From assembly GCA_963822445.1 (NCBI GenBank), contig CAWGHO010000001.1, positions 1,440,001 to 1,504,000 of the forward strand: a stretch of DNA of 64,000 nucleotides. Direction: 5' to 3'. Made by a program: the position numbers and the translations under genes. This document shows, piece by piece, positions 1 to 10,519 of the stretch. The stretch comes from an uncultured Acidobacteriota bacterium (GTDB lineage: Bacteria > Acidobacteriota > Thermoanaerobaculia > Gp7-AA8). Position 1 is the stretch's first letter. Every line of letters starts with the position of its first letter. Below the pieces are notes generated by a model, which saw only the letters and a list, made by a program, of their open reading frames with translations, had not been told where the DNA came from and did no database searches.

Positions 1-60
1 ACCATAGGTTGAGTCAGGCGTTATAACGTTGCGTCGCGAAAGAAGGGAACCCCCTCTGCA

Positions 61-1365
61 ATGACCAAGACTCTGCTCGGCGCTGTTTTGACGGCAATTG
101 TTGCGCTTTCCACATTCGCGCAGACCACGCCTCCTCCCGATCCGCCCCCGGCCCCTCCCCCGAACCAGACGCCCCAGACTCCACCCCCTTCGGGCACGCC
201 CGGCGTGCTCTCCGATGCCGCCAGCGGCGCCTATGAACGCCGCGACACGCTTCCCAGCGTCAACGTCTATCTGCCCGAGGGACAGGCCAGCATCCGGCTG
301 CGCAAGCTCATTCGCAACGTTCTGTTCGAGAGCCAGATCGATTACGAGTTCGTCAACGGCGACATCTCCACCTATCTCCGCTACAAGTACTACGCACGCA
401 ACTACACCTACCGCCTCGGCCTCTTCGACACCATCGAGTTCCCCGACCTCCAGTCGACCAAGGACAAGAATTTCGAGCGCGTGCGCGGCGGCCTGCTTCT
501 CGTGGGCGTGCCGAAGGACTACAACAACCGCTACTTCTTCCTTTTGCAGAACGACCAGCTCACCTTCGGCGACGTCCTGCGCCCCGATGACCAGACCAGC
601 AACATCTACGCGAAAGTCGGCTACCAGTACGGCACGCAGTTCGACGAGCGACTGAACTCGATCGTCGGTGAGCAGCGCGGCCGGATCACCCCCGTCCTGA
701 CCGCGTTCCGCGACATTGGCCCGCAGAAGACCGGCCTCGCCGCGGCGGTCACCCAGGCGGCCAACGTCCTCTCCTCCGACTACACGTACACGAAGCTCGA
801 GGCCGAGGGGCTGCGGCGGTTCGACATCACCGCGACGTCCTTCGTTTTCTCGCGGCTGCACATGGGGACGTTCCTGGCGCGCGAGGAAATCGTTCCGCCG
901 CCTCTCCCCCGCGATCGCGACGGCGACGGCGACATCGATGACGACGATGCCACGCCGGAATGGGAGTTCTACGAGATCCCCCAGAACGAGCTCTTCCGCC
1001 TCGGCGGCCGCGAGGCCCTCAAGTCCGTCGGAGCCGATGAAGACGCGATCGGCACGCAGGAGATCCATCTGACGAACGAGCTGTTCGTGCCGATCTTCCG
1101 CAATCGCGATTACGACATCGGCCCGCTCAACTGGAACACGCTCTACGGCATCGGCTACCTCGGCGCGGGCGTGGTCGGCTTCGACTTCGGCGATCTCACC
1201 GACACCAGCAACGCCGTGGTCGACGTCGGCCTCGGAACCGAGTCCGCGATCACGTATCAGGACTGGGAGATCTACCTGAGCGTCATCGCCGCCCATCCCA
1301 TCGTGCAGCCGGAAGGGCTCGACGGGGGAACGAAGATCCGTTTCGCGGTCCGCACGGTTCGCTGA
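61..1365 (+). CDS. Secreted outer-membrane beta-barrel protein, atypical Omp85/BamA-like (no POTRA), Pro-rich N-terminus
   Basis: Signal peptide, Pro-rich linker, alternating beta-strand pattern, FRLGGREALK resembling the Omp85 (Y/F)xLGG..LRG loop, DRDGDGDIDDDD acidic Ca-binding-like insert. Confidence 0.6.
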   Translation: MTKTLLGAVLTAIVALSTFAQTTPPPDPPPAPPPNQTPQTPPPSGTPGVLSDAASGAYERRDTLPSVNVYLPEGQASIRLRKLIRNVLFESQIDYEFVNGDISTYLRYKYYARNYTYRLGLFDTIEFPDLQSTKDKNFERVRGGLLLVGVPKDYNNRYFFLLQNDQLTFGDVLRPDDQTSNIYAKVGYQYGTQFDERLNSIVGEQRGRITPVLTAFRDIGPQKTGLAAAVTQAANVLSSDYTYTKLEAEGLRRFDITATSFVFSRLHMGTFLAREEIVPPPLPRDRDGDGDIDDDDATPEWEFYEIPQNELFRLGGREALKSVGADEDAIGTQEIHLTNELFVPIFRNRDYDIGPLNWNTLYGIGYLGAGVVGFDFGDLTDTSNAVVDVGLGTESAITYQDWEIYLSVIAAHPIVQPEGLDGGTKIRFAVRTVR

Positions 1366-1373
1366 AAAACGAA

Positions 1374-1399
1374 AAGGCCGGGCGACGCTGCCCGGCCTT
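1374..1399. terminator. Bidirectional intrinsic terminator between convergent genes
   Basis: Perfect stem AAGGCCGGGC-gacgct-GCCCGGCCTT with A-rich 5' and T-rich 3' flanks. Confidence 0.8.
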
Positions 1400-1421
1400 C
1401 CTTCGTTCGTTCGTGTAGGAG

Positions 1422-1901
1422 TTAGAAGCGGTTGAGGTTCATTTCGACCGACTTCACGCCGTCGATGCTGCGAAGCACCTGCGACGCGACGTCTTTCTGC
1501 AGCTCGTGCGTAACCGAGCCGGCCACGCGGATGACGCCTTTTTCGGATGACACGGTGAAACGGCAGCCGTCGAGCGAGCGGTGCAGGCTCAGCTCGCGCT
1601 CGGCAGCGCGGGTCATGGCGGCGTCGTGATTCTCGACCGTCTGGACGAGGTTGGCGACGCGGGCATAGCCCAGGCTGGCGGCGTGACGGCTGAGGAGCTC
1701 AGCCTGTTCCTTGTCGGTCACCCGTCCGCGGATGACCACGATCCCTGAAACTTCGTAAACCTGCAGACGGTCGACGGTCGCTCCGCTGTTCCGGAACTGA
1801 TCGGTGAGGTCGGTGGTCTGCGGTGTAGCGGCCAGAGCGGCCGGGGTAAGCGCGATCAGGAAAACTGCGATGGCAACGGTACGGGCTGTCGTGCTCATCA
1901 T
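1422..1901 (-). CDS. Dual BON-domain periplasmic protein (OsmY/DolP-like)
   Basis: Signal peptide; two BON-like units (GIVVIRGRV...VANLV; GVIRVAGSV...IDGVKSVEMNL); AGGAG SD upstream. Confidence 0.8.
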   Translation of the reverse strand: MMSTTARTVAIAVFLIALTPAALAATPQTTDLTDQFRNSGATVDRLQVYEVSGIVVIRGRVTDKEQAELLSRHAASLGYARVANLVQTVENHDAAMTRAAERELSLHRSLDGCRFTVSSEKGVIRVAGSVTHELQKDVASQVLRSIDGVKSVEMNLNRF

Positions 1902-1930
1902 GTTATTTGTTATCTCCTGACCCAGTATAG

Positions 1931-1946
1931 AGCACCGACCGTGCCA
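1931..1946 (-). promoter_or_regulatory. sigma54 -24/-12 promoter of BON gene
   Basis: Minus strand TGGCACGGTCGGTGCT, GG-N10-GC; predicted +1 near 1920, just before the SD. Confidence 0.7.
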
Positions 1947-1970
1947 TCTTCGCTAATCTCGTGAGGACAA

Positions 1971-2159
1971 TCACTTAGCGGATGAGGTTCGCAAAATTTG
2001 CGCATCGGGCCGCGGCGGCTCCATAGATACGATGGCCGGCCCATTTTCGTCGTCATGCGGCTCGGTGCGGGTGTGGTGGAGGTACACCCGGTAGAGAAGG
2101 GTGAGGGCCAGAGCGAGCACGGCTACGAAACCGGTCATGGCCAGGAGGCGGCGGGTCAT
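1971..2159 (-). CDS. Small single-TM hypothetical protein (62 aa)
   Basis: Hydrophobic N-terminal helix; sigma54 promoter immediately upstream. Confidence 0.55.
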   Translation of the reverse strand: MTRRLLAMTGFVAVLALALTLLYRVYLHHTRTEPHDDENGPAIVSMEPPRPDAQILRTSSAK

Positions 2160-2171
2160 ACCACCGCCGGC

Positions 2172-2187
2172 AGCAATGGAGTTGCCA
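2172..2187 (-). promoter_or_regulatory. sigma54 promoter of 62-aa ORF
   Basis: Minus strand TGGCAACTCCATTGCT, near-consensus; predicted +1 about 2 nt before the ATG. Confidence 0.7.
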
Positions 2188-2200
2188 GTTACAATTCACC

Positions 2201-3991
2201 ATGCCCCGCATTCAGGTCCTCCCCTCCGATCTCGTGAACCAGATCGCCGCGGGGGAGGTGGTCGAGCGCCCCGCCTCCGTGGTCAAAGAGCTGGTCGAAA
2301 ACGCCATCGACGCGGGGGCCACGGCCATCGACATCCTCCTCGAGAACGGCGGCAAGAAGCTCATCGAGGTGCGCGACAACGGCTTCGGGATGGAGGAGGC
2401 CGACGCGATCCTGGCCATCGAGCGCCACGCCACCTCCAAGATCCGCGATTTCGACGACCTCACCCGCGTCCAGACCCTCGGCTTTCGCGGCGAGGCCCTC
2501 CCCTCGATCGCCAGCGTTTCCCGCTTCACCCTGACCACTTCCGCGAATGAAACCGGAGCGGCGACGGAGATCGTCTGCGATCCGCTCACCGGCCGTCGCG
2601 ACGTCCGCCCCGCCGCCCGCGACCGCGGCACGACCATCTCCGTGCGCGAGCTGTTCGAGAACGTCCCCGCACGGCGCAAGTTCCTGCGCAGCGCCGATGC
2701 GGAGTTCCGCTCGATCGTGACCATCGTTTCGTCCTACGCGTTGCCGCTGCCGTCGCGAGCATTCCGGCTCGAGCACAACGGCCGCGTGGTTCTCGATCTC
2801 CCGCCCGCCACCACCGGCCGCGAGCGCGTTCTGCAGATCCTCGGCAGCGACGCGGACGCGCATCTCGAAGACGTCGACGGCACGATCGGGGAGACCCGCG
2901 CGGCCGGATACGTCACCCGCGGACTTCGCTTCGGCAGCCGCCGCAATCAGTTCTTCTTCGTGAACGGCCGCCTGGTGAAAGACAAGGTGCTGACGCATGC
3001 CGCGAATCGCGCCTGCGAGTCGTTCGACTTCGAGGGCTATCCGGCAGTGGTGCTCTTTCTCGATGTCCCGCCGGAGCTGGTCGATGTGAACGTGCATCCG
3101 GCGAAGACCGAGGTGCGGTTCCGCGATTCCTCGCAAGTCCACGTCGCCGTCGAGCATGCCCTCCGCAACGCCCTCGGCGGCGCCGAGGAAGGGAAGGAGC
3201 TTCTCGGACCGGCGTCGCTGGCGCCGCAGCCTTCGAGCGTCTCGCTGATGCCTGGCGGCTCGCCGCTGTTCACGCCGCAGGTGTACGACAGCGCGCCGAA
3301 ATGGTCGTCCTCGTTCACGCCGCTCTTCCAACGCGAAGCGGTGGTCCAGCCGCCGGTGCGTGTGCAAAGTGCGAGCGTCGCGGTCGAAGAGGAAGAGGCG
3401 GCGCCGCAGCTCGGCGATCTGCAGGGACGGGTCATCGGCCAGTACCGCCTCAGCTACATCCTGCTCGACACGCCGGGCGGGCTGCGGCTCGTCGATCAAC
3501 ACGTCGCTCACGAGCGCGTGCTCTACGACCGGTATCTGGCCAGGCTCGAAGCGCGGCAGCCGATGTCCCAGCAACTGCTCACGCCGATCCTCTACGAGAC
3601 CGGCGCCGCGGAGAGCGCGGTGCTCGAGTCGCATCTCGATGAATTGCGCGCCGTGGGCTTCGATCTGGAACGCTTCTCCGGCAACGCCTTCGCCATCGCC
3701 GCTGTGCCGCCGGAGCTGTTGCGTCACGACGTCGACACGTTCCTGCGCAAGCTGATCGACGCCTCGCTCGAGGAGAAGTCGTCGCACGTGATCAAAGTCC
3801 GCGAGCGCATCGCCGCGTCGCTGGCCTGCCAGGCCGCGATCAAGGTTCATCGCCCGCTGGGCGGCGAGGAGATGGCTCGCGTCGTCGCGGAACTGCTCCA
3901 GTCCTCGAATCCCTTCGCCTGCCCACACGGCCGCCCGATCATCGTCGACATCAAGCATCTCGACATCGAGCGGCACTTCCACAGGAAGTAG
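2201..3991 (+). CDS. mutL: DNA mismatch repair endonuclease MutL
   Basis: NQIAAGEVVERPASVVKELVENAIDAGA, GFRGEAL, DQHVAHER and CPHGRP motifs; TACAAT -10 box 5 nt upstream. Confidence 0.98.
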   Translation: MPRIQVLPSDLVNQIAAGEVVERPASVVKELVENAIDAGATAIDILLENGGKKLIEVRDNGFGMEEADAILAIERHATSKIRDFDDLTRVQTLGFRGEALPSIASVSRFTLTTSANETGAATEIVCDPLTGRRDVRPAARDRGTTISVRELFENVPARRKFLRSADAEFRSIVTIVSSYALPLPSRAFRLEHNGRVVLDLPPATTGRERVLQILGSDADAHLEDVDGTIGETRAAGYVTRGLRFGSRRNQFFFVNGRLVKDKVLTHAANRACESFDFEGYPAVVLFLDVPPELVDVNVHPAKTEVRFRDSSQVHVAVEHALRNALGGAEEGKELLGPASLAPQPSSVSLMPGGSPLFTPQVYDSAPKWSSSFTPLFQREAVVQPPVRVQSASVAVEEEEAAPQLGDLQGRVIGQYRLSYILLDTPGGLRLVDQHVAHERVLYDRYLARLEARQPMSQQLLTPILYETGAAESAVLESHLDELRAVGFDLERFSGNAFAIAAVPPELLRHDVDTFLRKLIDASLEEKSSHVIKVRERIAASLACQAAIKVHRPLGGEEMARVVAELLQSSNPFACPHGRPIIVDIKHLDIERHFHRK

Positions 3992-3998
3992 AGTTTCT

Positions 3999-4033
3999 AG
4001 GCTCAAAGGCGCAAAGGCTCATAGGTTCACAGG
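3999..4033. repeat. Tandem octamer array (AGGC(T/G)CAN-like x4), single arm
   Basis: AGGCTCAA AGGCGCAA AGGCTCAT AGGTTCAC AGG; same unit as 8364-8436. Confidence 0.75.
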
Positions 4034-4034
4034 G

Positions 4035-4421
4035 GTGACGCCTGCGCAATTGGGCCGGTTCGGAGAATGGCGAGCGGCGTGGTTTTACCGCGTCCGCGGC
4101 TACTCCATTTTGGAGCGCAACCTGCGGCTTGGCGCGGGGGAAATCGATCTCGTCGTGTCACGCGGTGCGACGATCGTCATCGCCGAGGTGAAGACGAGGC
4201 AGACGCGGTTTGCCGGCGAAGGGCATGAAGCGGTGACGCGCGTGAAGCGCGAGCGGATGATCAAGCTCGGCGATCAATACGCGGCACGGCATCCCGAAGC
4301 GCGGCTGCGCTACGACATCCTCTCCATCTTCTGGACGGGCTGGCGCTTCATGGTGACGCACTACGAAGATGCCTTCCGACCGATGGCCGACGCGAAACGT
4401 CCCTGGCTCTGGCGCGCTTAG
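4035..4421 (+). CDS. yraN: YraN family (UPF0102) putative endonuclease
   Basis: LGRFGE..A, GYSILERN, GEIDLV, EVKTR, RYD motifs. Confidence 0.9.
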   Translation: MTPAQLGRFGEWRAAWFYRVRGYSILERNLRLGAGEIDLVVSRGATIVIAEVKTRQTRFAGEGHEAVTRVKRERMIKLGDQYAARHPEARLRYDILSIFWTGWRFMVTHYEDAFRPMADAKRPWLWRA

Positions 4422-6199
4422 CTGCGCAGGCGGATCTCGACGTCGAGGCGATAACGCCCTTCCGGCCACGACTTCAAGAACGCCCGCCACATCGCAGGCG
4501 TATTCGCCGCCGCGGCCATCTCGTACTCCGCGGCTTCCTGGCGGCACTTCCGCGCTTCATCGATGCGCGGCGCGTCGGGATAGGTCGCCAGATAGTGATC
4601 CCACGCGCTGACCGTCCCGGCCTCCCAGGCCGCGTTGAAGTCGCCTTCGATGATGGCCAGCCGTGCGAGCGCTCTTCGGGCGATGCTCGCGAACTGCCCC
4701 TGCGGCCGCGTTTTCAGATAGCGCTGCAACGCATCGGGATCGCCAAGGGTCAGCACCTCGTCCCAGGCTCGCTGATCTTCCGCGGCATCGAGGCCGGCGA
4801 TCAGCTTCTTCGCTTCGTTCTCCAGCAGCCCGTTTGGCCAGACCCGCGAGAACTCCTGAAGTGCGGCAAGTCCTCCCCGCTTCGCAGCCTCGAACGCCGT
4901 CGCCTCCCGCAGATGCTCCTCGGCATGCGCGCTCAGCTTCCCGTCCGGAAACTCTTCGAGGAAGGCCTGCCAGGCCGCGGAGTTCTTCGAAGAGAGTGCG
5001 ACGCTGTACGCGATGTCCTCGCGCACGCGCGCCGCTTCGAGCCGCTGTTCCGCGGTCGCCGCGTGACGATCGCCGGACCACTTCTCCAGGTAATCGCTCC
5101 AGGCATCTTCGGTATCCATCGCCGCCGCGCTGTCGAACGCCAGCCGCTCGGCGATCGCGCTTTCGGCATCGGCGACGCGATGCTTCGGATACTTCGCGCG
5201 GAAATCGCGATACGCGTTGTACGTATCCGCCTTGACCGCGGCCTCCCACGCCTCGTCGATGCGGCCTCGCTCTTCGACGCTGACTTCCATCGTCCGCACG
5301 CCCTCGCGCGGCGACGCCGGCGCCCACGGCCGAAGCGCCTCGGCCAGCTCGTGAGCATCGCTGAACCGCTTGCGGCGATCCTTGGCCAGGCAACGCAGCA
5401 CGATCATCTCGAGCTCGGGCGGGATCTCCAGATGCGGATCGGCCTCGAAGAAGCGGGGCGGCTGCACGGTCAGGTGCTGCACGATGTAGCCGCTCGCCGT
5501 GCGCGCCTGAAACGGCGGAACGCCGGCCAGCATCTCGTACAGCACGACTCCGAGGGAGTAGAGATCGGCGCGGCCGTCGAGAGAATCCCCTTCATCCAAC
5601 TCGCCGAGCTGCTCGGGCGACATGTACTTCGGGTTGCCCATGAACACGCCGGCCTGGGTCGTCTCCGCTTCCTTCGAGACATCCTTGGCCACGCCGAGAT
5701 CGATGATCTTCACGTGCATGCGCCGGTCGGCTTCGAACGAGAGCATCACGTTGTCCGTGGAGATGTCGCGATGCAGCAGGCCTTTGCCGTGGATGTGCTC
5801 CAGACCCGACAGAATCTGCATGGTCACTTCGATCGCCAGCGGAATGGGGAAGCGGCCGTTGCTCGCCTCCCACTGGCGCAGCGTCACGCCGTCGATGAAC
5901 TCCGTGACCTTGTAGCTCGCGCCGTTCTCGGCGAAGGTGAAGTCGTGCACGACGGCGACATTGGGATGATGGATCTGCGTGGCCAATCGCGCTTCGCTGA
6001 GGAAGCGATGCCGATACACGGGATCGGCGAGCAGCGCCGCCTTCATCACTTTGATGCAGCGGAACGCGCCGAGGTGAACGTGGCGGGCCTTGTAGACCTC
6101 GCCCATTCCGCCCTCGCCGAGGAGCTCGAGGATCTCGTACTTCTCGTCGATGCGTGCGCCAGGGGCGAGTGTCGCCGCGGGTGCAAAGTCGTCCGGCAT
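4418..6199 (-). CDS. Cytoplasmic Hanks-type Ser/Thr kinase with about 7 C-terminal helical repeats
   Basis: LGEGGMGEVY, HRDI, DLG, YMSPEQ, DLYSLG; repeats of A(W/F)xxA...(W/Y)xxFLxx(Y/W)PxG; no TM helix seen. Confidence 0.92.
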   Translation of the reverse strand: MPDDFAPAATLAPGARIDEKYEILELLGEGGMGEVYKARHVHLGAFRCIKVMKAALLADPVYRHRFLSEARLATQIHHPNVAVVHDFTFAENGASYKVTEFIDGVTLRQWEASNGRFPIPLAIEVTMQILSGLEHIHGKGLLHRDISTDNVMLSFEADRRMHVKIIDLGVAKDVSKEAETTQAGVFMGNPKYMSPEQLGELDEGDSLDGRADLYSLGVVLYEMLAGVPPFQARTASGYIVQHLTVQPPRFFEADPHLEIPPELEMIVLRCLAKDRRKRFSDAHELAEALRPWAPASPREGVRTMEVSVEERGRIDEAWEAAVKADTYNAYRDFRAKYPKHRVADAESAIAERLAFDSAAAMDTEDAWSDYLEKWSGDRHAATAEQRLEAARVREDIAYSVALSSKNSAAWQAFLEEFPDGKLSAHAEEHLREATAFEAAKRGGLAALQEFSRVWPNGLLENEAKKLIAGLDAAEDQRAWDEVLTLGDPDALQRYLKTRPQGQFASIARRALARLAIIEGDFNAAWEAGTVSAWDHYLATYPDAPRIDEARKCRQEAAEYEMAAAANTPAMWRAFLKSWPEGRYRLDVEIRLRS

Positions 6200-6214
6200 T
6201 GGAGGTGCGGATGA

Positions 6215-6793
6215 CTATACGCTCGCCGGGACTTGGGCCGGAAGGATGGACTGCCGCCACTCACGCAGTCCCTGGATGCACAGCACCAGGAACACGACGT
6301 ACAACCCGGCGAACAGGTACAGGCCGCGCGAGGCGTACAGCGGAATGGCCACGAGGTCGACCACGATCCAGAGCCACCACGACTGCAGATGCTTGCGCGC
6401 CGTCAGCCACTGGGCGACGAGGCTGGCCACCAGGATGAAGCCGTCGATGTAGGGAGCGTCGGCCTTCAGCTGCACTTTTGCGAACGTGCCCCAGACCGCG
6501 GTAAGTACGATCGTCACGACCATCCAGACGCTCATCGCCCTCGCACTCATCCGGGTCACCGGAACCTCCGCGCGAAGGTTGCCGCCGCGCGTCCAATGAA
6601 CCCAGCCGTAGAGGTTCAGCACAGCGAAGAAGCCCTGCAGGATCGCGTCGGAGAAGAGCCGCTGCTGGTAGAAGACCCAGGCCGAGAGGGTGACCTGGAC
6701 GATGGCGAAGGCGAAGTTCCAGATGTTCTGGCGGACCAGCAGCCAGACGCACAGCACACCAGCCACGGTGGCCACCGCTTCGATCCAGGTCAT
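6215..6793 (-). CDS. pnuC: PnuC-family nicotinamide riboside/vitamin transporter
   Basis: Multi-TM; IWN.., YGW..W, PYIDG, WWLWIVVD motifs. Confidence 0.9.
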   Translation of the reverse strand: MTWIEAVATVAGVLCVWLLVRQNIWNFAFAIVQVTLSAWVFYQQRLFSDAILQGFFAVLNLYGWVHWTRGGNLRAEVPVTRMSARAMSVWMVVTIVLTAVWGTFAKVQLKADAPYIDGFILVASLVAQWLTARKHLQSWWLWIVVDLVAIPLYASRGLYLFAGLYVVFLVLCIQGLREWRQSILPAQVPASV

Positions 6794-6804
6794 GGCAAAA
6801 ACAC

Positions 6805-6832
6805 GAAGGGCCGCGATCTCTCGCGGCCCTTC
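6805..6832 (-). terminator. Intrinsic terminator downstream of tRNA-Gly
   Basis: Stem GAAGGGCCGCGA-loop-TCGCGGCCCTTC followed on the minus strand by GTGTTTTT. Confidence 0.75.
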
Positions 6833-6846
6833 AAATCATTTACGGT

Positions 6847-6922
<76 letters not shown>

Positions 6923-6936
6923 TTAACGAGACGCGA

Positions 6937-6965
6937 ACTGTAGTCAGCGACCTGTTCACTGTCAA
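6937..6965 (-). promoter_or_regulatory. sigma70 promoter of tRNA-Gly
   Basis: TTGACA-N17-TACAGT on the minus strand. Confidence 0.75.
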
Positions 6966-7011
6966 GCGTCGTGCAGGTCCGCTAACGCCCTCCCCGTGAG
7001 GTCTATTTCCG

Positions 7012-8358
<1,347 letters not shown>

Positions 8359-8363
8359 GTCGT

Positions 8364-8436
8364 AGGCTCAGAGGCTCAAAGGCGCAGAGGCTCAAAGCTT
8401 CTCTTTGCGCCTTTGAGGCTTTGAGCCTTTGAGCCT
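8364..8436. repeat. Fold-back element: 4 octamers + 4 inverted octamers (AGGC(T/G)CA(A/G))
   Basis: AGGCTCAG AGGCTCAA AGGCGCAG AGGCTCAA / TTGCGCCT TTGAGGCT TTGAGCCT TTGAGCCT; fills the ntrY-ntrX spacer. Confidence 0.9.
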
Positions 8437-8437
8437 T

Positions 8438-10519
8438 TCATGCCGGCAACTCGATCTCGAACCGCGTCCCCCGCGGATGGTTGTCATGCACGGAAATCTG
8501 TCCGTCGTGATCGCGAACGATGCGGTGAACGATGGCCAGCCCCAGGCCGGTACCGCGCCGCTTCGTCGAAAAGTACGGGAGGAAGAGCTTCTCTTTGTCG
8601 GAGTCGGGAACGCCGCGGCCGGGATCGGCGACTTCGATGACCACGCGATGCGGCGCACGGCGAGCGGTCACGCGGATCACGCCGGACTCCGTGGCCTCGA
8701 CGGCGTTCTTCAGCAGATTGCCGACCGCGCGGCGGATCTGCTCGGGGTCCATCAGCAGCTCGATGTCGTCCGCGACTTCGACACTCACGCTCACGTTCGG
8801 CTTCACGTCGCGGTACAGCGCCGCGGCCTGCTGCAGGATCTCCGCGAGTTGCGCGTGCCGCAGGTGCACGGCGGGCATGCGTGCGAATCGCGAGAACTCG
8901 TCCACCATCCGGCTGAGCTGACTGACCTCGGTGACGATGATCCGGCAACCTTCCTCGATGGCCGGATCCATCGTCCCGAACTTTTTGGCGATGCGCTCGG
9001 CGGAGAGCTGAATCGGCGTGAGGGGATTCTTGATCTCGTGCGCGATGCGCCGTGCGGCTTCGTTCCAGGCCGCGAGCTTCTGCGCCTGCACGAGCTGCGT
9101 GGAGTCTTCGATGGCGAGCACCCAACCGGAGCCGGTGCCGAGCCGCGTCGCGGAGAGCTCGAGGTAGCGAAGCTCGCCGCGGAGGATCAGCGCGACTTCC
9201 CGCGTGCGCGCGCGGCCGCTGGTGAGCTCGCGGAGCGCGGACTCGAGCGGCTCGAGGTCGCCGCTGAGGAGGTCGCCGAGGTTCGTGCGAGGGTCGATGG
9301 CATCGAGCTGGAGCATCTGCTGGGCGGCGCGGTTGATCGAGAGCAGCTCGAATTCATCGGTGAAGGCGATGATGCCCGTGGCCACGCTCTCGAGGACGGT
9401 GACCATGAGCCGGTTCGTCTCGGTCAGCTGTTGTCTCTGCGTGGCGAGCTGCGTCGACATGTCGTTGAACGAGTCGATGAGCCGGCCCACTTCGTCCGTG
9501 GCGGTGACTTCGACGCGATGCCCGACCGCGCCGTCTGCGAGCCGCGCCGTCGCTTCTGCCAGTGCCTTGATGGGGATAGTGATGCGGCGAGAGGCGTAGA
9601 TCGACGTCCAGAGCGTGCCGAAGAGGATGGCCAGCGTGACGGCGAGGAAGAGCATCGTCTGCGAGGCCTTGAGCGCCGACCGCTGCGACTGCAGCTGCTG
9701 GAAGTCGTTGTGGGCGATGATCGAGGCGTCGATGCGGCGGCTCATCGCGTCGGGGATGAACACTCCCGCGACGGCGACGTTGCCGGCGCCGAACGGCACG
9801 GCGGTGCGGATCCACTTCCCGCTGGCAACGAGATCGATTTTCACCGCGCGATTCTTCGCGGTGACTTCCTCGAAAAAGCGGGCGGATGGATCGGCGACTT
9901 CGTGAACGGGTACACGCGGGTTGGAGTGCGCCTTCACCAGAATGCCGCCGCGATACACAGCGGCCGTGTCGACGCGGTGGTACTGGAGCACGTGATTGAG
10001 GATGCGATCGACGCGGGCTTCATCCTGCGAATCGGGACTGCTGGCGATTTCGCGCGCGGCCCCGGCGGCGACTTCCGCCATCTGGTCCTGCGCCATCTGC
10101 GCGATGGCTTCGCTGTTCTCGAGGATTTCTTTCACCGGCGTGGCGAACCAGCGGTCGACGGAGACGCGCAGCAGGTCGGTGGCGATCACGAAAAGGATGA
10201 TCACCGGCAGCAGCGAGGTCGCGACGTAGGTCACGACGAGCTTCGTGCGGAACCGCGAGCCGATGATGCCGCGCTGGCGCTCGAGCACCAGCTTCACGAT
10301 CCCGCGCAGGATCACGAAGAGGATGCCGATGATCAGCAGCAGGTTGATGTTCAGCAGCACGAACAGCAGCAACCGGTTGCTGAGCGCCTCGGGCGTCAGC
10401 TCCTTGGCCTGCTGGATCGCGTAGTAGACGAGGCTCGTCGCCGCGAGGATCACCAGCGGCACGGAGATGATGAACCGCGGGTCCTTGCGATAGCGGAGGA
10501 CGAGCTCGCGGAGACTCAC
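8438..10519 (-). CDS. ntrY: NtrY-like HAMP/PAS sensor histidine kinase
   Basis: TM helices, HAMP, PAS, ARRIAHEIKNPLTPIQLSAER, G-boxes. Confidence 0.9.
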   Translation of the reverse strand: MSLRELVLRYRKDPRFIISVPLVILAATSLVYYAIQQAKELTPEALSNRLLLFVLLNINLLLIIGILFVILRGIVKLVLERQRGIIGSRFRTKLVVTYVATSLLPVIILFVIATDLLRVSVDRWFATPVKEILENSEAIAQMAQDQMAEVAAGAAREIASSPDSQDEARVDRILNHVLQYHRVDTAAVYRGGILVKAHSNPRVPVHEVADPSARFFEEVTAKNRAVKIDLVASGKWIRTAVPFGAGNVAVAGVFIPDAMSRRIDASIIAHNDFQQLQSQRSALKASQTMLFLAVTLAILFGTLWTSIYASRRITIPIKALAEATARLADGAVGHRVEVTATDEVGRLIDSFNDMSTQLATQRQQLTETNRLMVTVLESVATGIIAFTDEFELLSINRAAQQMLQLDAIDPRTNLGDLLSGDLEPLESALRELTSGRARTREVALILRGELRYLELSATRLGTGSGWVLAIEDSTQLVQAQKLAAWNEAARRIAHEIKNPLTPIQLSAERIAKKFGTMDPAIEEGCRIIVTEVSQLSRMVDEFSRFARMPAVHLRHAQLAEILQQAAALYRDVKPNVSVSVEVADDIELLMDPEQIRRAVGNLLKNAVEATESGVIRVTARRAPHRVVIEVADPGRGVPDSDKEKLFLPYFSTKRRGTGLGLAIVHRIVRDHDGQISVHDNHPRGTRFEIELPA

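Noticed and set aside
6794-6846. Riboswitch upstream of pnuC
   Set aside because: Only about 50 nt lie between the tRNA and the ATG, fully explained by one terminator hairpin.
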